This document shows positions 55,776 to 61,816 of a DNA stretch of 64,000 nt, piece by piece. A model generated the notes under the pieces. That model was not told the DNA's origin. It saw nothing but the letters and a program-made list of their open reading frames with translations, and made no database searches. Source of the stretch: an uncultured Ignavibacteria bacterium (lineage in GTDB: Bacteria > Zixibacteria > MSB-5A5 > SM1-73); NCBI GenBank assembly GCA_964403165.1, contig CAYOFL010000001.1:6521-70520 (forward strand), in the 5' to 3' direction. The position numbers and the translations under genes are program-made. The stretch's first letter is position 1; every line of letters starts with the position of its first letter.

Positions 55776-55790
55776 GCAAAGGGGATGCCA
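55776..55790 (-). promoter_or_regulatory. Sigma-54 (-24/-12) promoter upstream of the GcvH-like/cytochrome operon
   Basis: The minus strand reads TGGCATCCCCTTTGC, with GG and GC at canonical spacing (TGGCAC-N5-TTGC consensus). About 50-60 nt upstream of the start codon, with an NtrC-family regulator downstream. Confidence 0.65.
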
Positions 55791-56097
55791 AAAAACATCA
55801 GGCAAACAATTACACATTCTAAGTTCAGGGATACATTATAATTATAACTGAAAACTATTTTATGAAAGCTCAAAACCGTAAAAGAATTCTGCACCCAATC
55901 GTTGAAAATTCCTACGTTGTTTAATTGAGGTAGGTGGCGAAACTGATTAAGTCGTTTACATTAAACAAGAAGAATCATGTGGAAAAACTCTACAGCAACT
56001 GTTGCGGTTTTCAACGAATTTTCATCTCCAATTGGGAGGTAGGAGCCTTCGGCATGGCTCGGACGAAAACGTAAAAACATTTAGTGCGTTTGCATTA

Positions 56098-56433
56098 GAT
56101 TAAGCTGATGAGTGGTTATAAACATCTGTTTAATCTGCTTCATCTGTTGTGAATGCATGGGTGGAGAAGCCCGGCCAAAAGTGAGATGGGCCTATTTGGA
56201 TCTACGGGGAGAGATTAATTTCTCACAGCTGATTATTTGGATTAAGCTGATGAGTGGTTATAAACATCTGTTTAATCTGTTTCATCAGTTGTGAATGCAT
56301 GGGTGGAGAAGCCCGGCCAAAAGTGAGATGGGCCTATTTGGATCTACGGGGAGAGATTAATTTCTCACAGCTGATTATTTGGATTAAGCTGATGAGTGAT
56401 TATAAACATCCGTTTAATCTGTTTCATCTGTTG
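56098..56433. repeat. 142-bp tandem direct repeat, 2 full copies plus a partial third
   Basis: Unit starts (GATTAAGCTGATGAG) at 56098, 56240 and 56382. Copies are nearly identical by eye. Confidence 0.9.
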
Positions 56434-56768
56434 GGAAATCTGCCGTTGGTAACGGATGCCTCGCTCGTTACCTTCGAGGCTCAACTTTCCCGTCACAGAC
56501 AGGGTGTCCTTGACGAAACAAGGGGGGACAATCTTACATGTCGGGCAGTCCGAAAGGACCGCCCAACCTACCGCTGCCCAAATAGGGGTAAAAGTTGGGG
56601 CAGGGGTTTAACCCCTGCCCCAACAAGGGGATGTTTCGTTATGCTCAACATGACAGGCAGTCTGTCAACTTATGTATTCGCTTGTCATAATAAGAACCAA
56701 TTCGTTTTAGATATTGTGTTTTAAGAAAAATGTATTAAATTACCTATGAGTATCCAAACTAATGCTGA

Positions 56769-57048
56769 TGGTATTCATTAGGTCTGAAATTTTGGCGTCG
56801 CACAATAAATTTGAAACTCAATGAAGCGGAGTCCGTTTTAAGAAAGATGAAGGGAGTGGAAGACCTGCATGAGTTACGCACATGGAGTATTTTTTATAAA
56901 GATTTAGCACTCTTGTCATGTGACGATAAAAGACTTAAGCGCCCACTCTGTCCAGGAAAGACTAAACCAACTCCAATCACAACTTAAGGAAAAATTTGGA
57001 ATCGAATACACCACCATACGACTTAAGTGTGGTTGCTCTACGACGTAA
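56769..57048 (+). pseudogene. 5'-truncated, frameshifted remnant of a cation diffusion facilitator (CzcD/ZitB-like) gene
   Basis: One frame reads ...LNEAESVLRKMKGVEDLHELRTWSI...LALLSC. The +1 frame reads SCHVTIKDLSAHSVQERLNQLQSQLKEKFGIEYTTIRL. Together they match the CDF C-terminal cytoplasmic domain, and no TM domain lies upstream. Confidence 0.6.
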
Positions 57049-57148
57049 AGAACGGAATGTTGGCTTATTTGGAAAACCGAAGGTAGCTTGAAATTACCTT
57101 AACAAACGGTCTTTCAGCCGAAAACGTATCAAAAAACGAGAAGGGTAA

Positions 57149-57838
57149 ATGATCTCTGCCAAATTTAATAGCGGAAAATTCATAAAAGAAAAAAAAGAAG
57201 ATGTTGATGCCAAGAGCGCTCAGAACAAATCCAAGGGATCAGAGTCCAGCGCGGAAGACAAAGATCTTCTGGAGATTATAGAGAGAGCAAAGAAAGGAGA
57301 TGAAAGCGCTTTTCAACAGATCGTAGATAAGTATAAGACCCAGGTGGCTAGTATCGCTTTCAAGATGGTGGGAGATTATGAGGACGCCAAAGATATCTCA
57401 CAGATAGTATTTGTCAAGACCTATCAAAACCTGGTCAACTTTGACACCAGCAAGAAGCTTTCCACCTGGCTTTATCGAATAACCATTAATGCTTCCATTG
57501 ATTTCATCCGAAAACATAAAAAGCACAAGCATGAACTTTTAGACAATATCTTCGGCGAACTGAAGGAAAAGAAACAAGATGTAGAGAAAATTTATCAGCG
57601 CAATTTAATAAAATGGGCGATCAACAGTTCCATGGACGCGCTTAACCCCAGACAAAAGGCTGTTTTTGTTCTGCGGGATCTGGAAGGGTTAGACATTAAA
57701 GAGGTTGCCCAGATAACCGGCATGCCACAGGCTACTGTGCGGTGGTATTTACATAGAGCACGATCCAAACTGAGAAGTGAGTTGACAAAGTATCATCCTC
57801 AACTATTAAAGAAGATGGGGATAAAACATGAGGTGTAG
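57149..57838 (+). CDS. ECF-type RNA polymerase sigma factor with Lys/Ser-rich N-terminal extension
   Basis: Region 2 (AFQQIVDKYKTQV...DAKDISQIVFVKTYQNL...WLYRITINASIDFIRK) and region 4 (FVLRDLEGLDIKEVAQITGMPQATVRWYLHRARSKLR). Confidence 0.85.
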   Translation: MISAKFNSGKFIKEKKEDVDAKSAQNKSKGSESSAEDKDLLEIIERAKKGDESAFQQIVDKYKTQVASIAFKMVGDYEDAKDISQIVFVKTYQNLVNFDTSKKLSTWLYRITINASIDFIRKHKKHKHELLDNIFGELKEKKQDVEKIYQRNLIKWAINSSMDALNPRQKAVFVLRDLEGLDIKEVAQITGMPQATVRWYLHRARSKLRSELTKYHPQLLKKMGIKHEV

Positions 57839-58304
57839 AAAGGCTAAAAAGCTGATCCTCAGTTATCCCGAGCTAAATTCGCCCCAAAAGAAGAGACTGG
57901 ATAAGCATCTTGTATCCTGCCCTCACTGCTCTTACGAATTCTCCCTCCATCTGAAATCCATCAATCTACTAAAAGACGTTAGAAACTTCGAGGAGTCCAA
58001 GGATTTCTGGGAGGGCTACGAGGTGAATCTAAAAAGAAAGATTCCACCTTTTCCTTTCTGGAGCAGAGTCTGGACAAAAATAGAAGGGTTCACCAGCCTT
58101 TTCAGGACTCCTGTTTTGGGCCCGGTTCCCGCTTATGTGTTCTCTTTCGTCCTAATAGCGCTTTTGACCTTGAGCCTTTATCCGAGCCTGGTCTCTTCCA
58201 AAAATGCAAAAGGCTTCAAAAACAATCTGGTGGTCTATGAAGGGGAACTACTTTCAGCAGTAGATGATGAAGGGGTGACCATTTACACCTTAGAGGACAG
58301 ATAG
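57828..58304 (+). CDS. Anti-sigma factor (zinc-binding ZAS type) with one TM helix
   Basis: HLVSCPHC (Hx3Cx2C). Overlaps the sigma gene by 11 nt. Hydrophobic segment VPAYVFSFVLIALLTLSLY. Confidence 0.7.
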   Translation: MRCRKAKKLILSYPELNSPQKKRLDKHLVSCPHCSYEFSLHLKSINLLKDVRNFEESKDFWEGYEVNLKRKIPPFPFWSRVWTKIEGFTSLFRTPVLGPVPAYVFSFVLIALLTLSLYPSLVSSKNAKGFKNNLVVYEGELLSAVDDEGVTIYTLEDR

Positions 58305-58396
58305 CAAAAGGCAACAAATGAGGATCTTTTAAAAAACGATCTGGGTGAGGAGAAGGAGTCAAAGATCGTTCGAAATTTGATAAAGTTTAGGGGAGT

Positions 58397-59422
58397 ATGC
58401 GGTCAAGGAAAAAAAAGGCGGGAGTTTTCCTCTGGCTTTCTGGGATGATAATCCTTTTAGGCGGATGTAGCGAAAGCTCGCTTCGGGGTCTGGAGGAAGA
58501 CTTAGCCAAAGTTGTGGAAAAGGCGGGGCCTTCTGTAGTCTGCTTGATGGCTAAAAATGAAAGCTCCGGGGAGGTGAAGTTCGGCTCCGGAGTGGTTTTG
58601 GGTGGGGGGTATATTCTCGCCACGGAAAATATCTTAGACAACGTAGATAACATCACCGTGAAGTTACAGGATGGACGGGTAATAAACGACCACGAGATCG
58701 TTGGGATATTTTGTGACTTCGAAACCAATGTCAGTTTGATTCAGGTGAAAAATAAGGAGCTTGAGCCGATCCGCATTATGGAAGAGGGGAAGATAGAGAA
58801 CGGATGTCTGGGCATCGCATTAGGAAATACCAATTATTCCAAGGGCTTGGATGTCAGTCTGGGCACGGTGACCAAATCCTGGATAGGGGGGGCGGATGCA
58901 TATGATGAGAGCCTTTTGATCTGGCACGGCCCTGTGGTCCCCTACCATGGAGGAACCCCCATATTCAACCGCAAGGGAGAGCTTTTAGGTTTAACTGAGG
59001 GCATACCCAAAGGGAAAGATGGGGTGGTCTTCATCTTGCCTGCCAGAACCTGTATGCGAGTAAGCGAGGTGCTTAAAAAAGATGGTAAGGTAAAAAGAGG
59101 GTGGATTGGAATCTTCTGTGAAAGAGAGTCACGTAAGTGTGAAAAGGGAAAAACTTCAGAAGGTGTTTTGATAACAAAGGTAATGGAAGAAAGCCCTGCC
59201 TTTAGAGCAGGATTAAATCCCGGTGATAGAATCGTCAGCTTTAACGGAAAACCGATCGAAAGCTCATCTCAGCTCAGAAGGCTTATCTCTACTACGGGAG
59301 TAGGGTCCCACGTCCTGCTAAATGTGATCCACCGAGGCGATGATAGAGGATCAAATGTCGTAATCAAAACGACTGAACATAATGGTTTGGGAATGAGAAG
59401 ATGTCCCCACCGGTCAATTTAA
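58397..59422 (+). CDS. Lipoprotein, HtrA-like trypsin fold plus PDZ but with all three catalytic residues substituted (pseudo-protease)
   Basis: Lipobox LLGGC. Aligned against the HtrA at 59846: LTNAHVV becomes LATENIL (His to Asn), DLAVIKI becomes NVSLIQV (Asp to Asn), and GNSGGPL becomes YHGGTPI (Ser to His). A PDZ-like C-terminus is present. Confidence 0.65.
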   Translation: MRSRKKKAGVFLWLSGMIILLGGCSESSLRGLEEDLAKVVEKAGPSVVCLMAKNESSGEVKFGSGVVLGGGYILATENILDNVDNITVKLQDGRVINDHEIVGIFCDFETNVSLIQVKNKELEPIRIMEEGKIENGCLGIALGNTNYSKGLDVSLGTVTKSWIGGADAYDESLLIWHGPVVPYHGGTPIFNRKGELLGLTEGIPKGKDGVVFILPARTCMRVSEVLKKDGKVKRGWIGIFCERESRKCEKGKTSEGVLITKVMEESPAFRAGLNPGDRIVSFNGKPIESSSQLRRLISTTGVGSHVLLNVIHRGDDRGSNVVIKTTEHNGLGMRRCPHRSI

Positions 59423-59564
59423 AAATTTCTCACTCGCTGGAACTTCTCACCTCTTTTTTTGTATATCCTAATATAAAGACTGGTTGAGATTATGGGAACT
59501 AAGGTATGAGGGTTGAAAGTTCTCCAAAGAAAGGCACAAAACCTTTTAAAACAAGGAGGCAAAG

Positions 59565-59726
59565 ATGGCTATTGACCCGATTTGCCTGATGGAGATAGAC
59601 GAGAAGAGCGCTCCCGCCAAGAGCGTGTATAATGGTCAGACTTTTTATTTTTGCAACGAAAATTGTAAACAGAAGTTCGAAGAGGATCCGGAGAAATATA
59701 TAGACGTGGAGAGGAAAGAAAACTAA
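59565..59726 (+). CDS. YHS/TRASH-domain small metal-binding protein (53 aa)
   Basis: Manual translation gives MAIDPICLMEIDEKSAPAKSVYNGQTFYFCNENCKQKFEEDPEKY. DPxCxM...YYFC..C...F is the YHS signature. RBS aaggagg lies 6 nt upstream. Not in the ORF track because it is under 60 aa. Confidence 0.7.
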   Translation: MAIDPICLMEIDEKSAPAKSVYNGQTFYFCNENCKQKFEEDPEKYIDVERKEN

Positions 59727-59845
59727 GCAAGCATAAAGATGAGTTGATTTCATTTATTCGAGTCATTCAATTTGGGTCGGGAAAAGGTTTTGACTGGACA
59801 GGAAACCATCCCGACCTCTTAATATTAGTATAAGAGAATTTGAAA

Positions 59846-61384
59846 ATGTCAACCTCCAGCGCTAAAAAGGTAGGCGTAACATTTTTTTCCATTATCCTCG
59901 GTATGATAGTTGGAGCAATCATACTGGTTTTACTCTATGCTTTCGGACTCTTCCATCCTCCGTTTTCGACAGGACCTGAAGGATCAGTGGAGGAGGATGT
60001 ATTCCCCCCAGCGCCTGCCATGGTGCAAACTTCTGCATCTGTGCAAGATGAGATAACGAATAGCCGGCAGAACGCCATAGTCTATGCCGCACAAAAGGCG
60101 GGTCCAGCCGTGGTGTCCATCAGCGTGATTCAGGTGAGGGTGATCAGAGAGCATCCTTTTTTCTCCCCATTTAGGGATGAGTTTTTTGACGAGTTTTGGG
60201 AAAGGTTCTTTCGCCCCCGGGAATATAAAGAGAAAGTTTACAGCATCGGCTCCGGGTTCGTAATAAATCCGGAAGGATTTATATTGACCAACGCCCATGT
60301 GGTAAGAGGGGCAGACCAGCTAAAGGTGAGTTTGACCACCGGAGAGGAATATGAAGGAAAAGTAGTGGGCTTAGATGAAGTTTCAGATCTGGCGGTAATC
60401 AAAATTGATGCAGAAAATTTACCCTCGGTGGTTTTAGGCAACTCCGATGATCTGATAATCGGGGAGTGGGCCATTGCCATTGGTAATCCCTTTGGCTATC
60501 TTCTGGACGATCCCAATCCTACCGTGACCGTGGGAGTCATCAGTGCAGTTAATCGAGACATAAAAAAAGAAAGAGGTCAGGTTCAGATCTACAGAAAGAT
60601 GATTCAGACTGATGCCGCCATAAATTTAGGAAACTCAGGTGGACCTCTGGTGAACGCCTCCGGTGAAGTGATTGGAATCAACACCTTCATCTTTACCACC
60701 AGCCGGGGATCTGAGGGGATCGGCTTTGCCATACCCATCAATCGGGCTAAGGCAATACTTTCCGATCTGCTCAAACACGGAAGGATCATCCCTGCCTGGA
60801 TTGGTTTAAGGGTGCAAGAGGTCAATCCCATACTGGCACAGAGCCTGGATTTGGATAAGGCTGAGGGAGTGATCGTATCCGACGTGGAGGAGGATAGCCC
60901 GGCACAAAAAGCGGGCTTGAAAATGAAGGACGTTATAATAAAGGTGGATGATCAAAAGATCAGAAACTTAAGCGACTGGGAGGACTTAGTCTATCTGGTC
61001 AGAGAAAAGCAGGGCTTGGACATCACTTTTGTGCGGGATGGCGAAAAGACACGTGCCCGATTAGTGCCGGAAATACTTCCCACTCAAGCAAGCAAAGCTT
61101 CCCAAACAGAGCTGGGGATTACCGTGGCTAACATAAGCTCGTCCGTTGCCTACCAGTTGGGAATAACTGATCGGAGAGGAGTAGTCGTGATCGGTGTGGA
61201 CAAAGAAGGCATCGCTTACAAGGCTGGTCTGGAGGTGGGAGATATAATCCGAAAAATCGGCGATCAATTGATTAGAAATATCAAAGACTATGAAAAAGCA
61301 ATAAGCAGTAAGAAGAATAAAGAAAGAATGCTTTTGTTGATTGAGCGGCATGGTGTTTTGTATTTTGTTTCCTTGGAGGTGTGA
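59846..61384 (+). CDS. Periplasmic serine endoprotease HtrA/DegP/DegQ family with two PDZ domains
   Basis: Intact triad contexts LTNAHVV, DLAVIKI and GNSGGPL. Two PDZ-like segments. N-terminal TM anchor. Confidence 0.9.
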   Translation: MSTSSAKKVGVTFFSIILGMIVGAIILVLLYAFGLFHPPFSTGPEGSVEEDVFPPAPAMVQTSASVQDEITNSRQNAIVYAAQKAGPAVVSISVIQVRVIREHPFFSPFRDEFFDEFWERFFRPREYKEKVYSIGSGFVINPEGFILTNAHVVRGADQLKVSLTTGEEYEGKVVGLDEVSDLAVIKIDAENLPSVVLGNSDDLIIGEWAIAIGNPFGYLLDDPNPTVTVGVISAVNRDIKKERGQVQIYRKMIQTDAAINLGNSGGPLVNASGEVIGINTFIFTTSRGSEGIGFAIPINRAKAILSDLLKHGRIIPAWIGLRVQEVNPILAQSLDLDKAEGVIVSDVEEDSPAQKAGLKMKDVIIKVDDQKIRNLSDWEDLVYLVREKQGLDITFVRDGEKTRARLVPEILPTQASKASQTELGITVANISSSVAYQLGITDRRGVVVIGVDKEGIAYKAGLEVGDIIRKIGDQLIRNIKDYEKAISSKKNKERMLLLIERHGVLYFVSLEV

Positions 61385-61446
61385 GGAGTTTTTTGTGTTG
61401 TGTCAGGACCTCAGTCCTTACACCTTTTTTCAAGTATGGGGGAGGT

Positions 61447-61735
61447 GTAGTTGCTCGATTCCCAGACGGGAGGGCATACGCCCCGGCATACGCCCCCGTC
61501 CGGGCGTCTGGGCGTCCGCTCATCAAGCAGGGGAGAGGATAGTTATATTTTCCAGATACTTTAGGACAAAAATCGCCCAATAATGGTCACCAACTATTTA
61601 ATTTGACAAATTCGCTTTGGAGTGCGTTCCGCCAAAGGCGGAACGCAGCGTCCCGCCAAAGACGGGGCGCACTCCTTTTCTTACTCTTTTCCGAATCGCT
61701 AGGATAATTAGTTGATAACCATAATTGGCAACTAC
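61447..61735. repeat. Composite intergenic mosaic: GTAGTTGCTCGATT left end ... GGCAACTAC right end (E2), enclosing GGAGTGC-family element D3 (61619-61675) and other hairpins
   Basis: The left-end 14-mer is identical to E1 (29667). The right end GGCAACTAC matches E1 and E3. The inner GGAGTGCG...CGCACTCC holds TTCCGCC-aaa-GGCGGAA. Confidence 0.5.
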
Positions 61736-61759
61736 GATATTGCAGGTGAAACAAAAAAA

Positions 61760-61793
61760 CAGGGGCAGGATAATTTCCTGCCCCTGTTTTTTT
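61760..61793. terminator. Bidirectional rho-independent terminator
   Basis: CAGGGGCAGGA-taatt-TCCTGCCCCTG is flanked by an A-run upstream and a T-run downstream. It sits between convergent genes (HtrA + and C25 peptidase -). Confidence 0.75.
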
Positions 61794-61816
61794 CAAAAGT
61801 TTCTTAATGCCTTTAT

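Noticed and set aside
56103-56112. CTGATGAG at the start of each 142-bp unit, reminiscent of the hammerhead ribozyme core
   Set aside because: I could not find the complementary conserved GAAAC element, a suitable stem II hairpin or a cleavage-site context within the unit. The match is most likely chance.
56098-56433. Possible CRISPR array or protein-coding repeats (track ORFs 56112-56294 and 56254-56724)
   Set aside because: The 142-bp units are contiguous and near-identical with no spacers. The ORF translations are low-complexity, Cys/Ile-rich and repeat-derived, with no start context.
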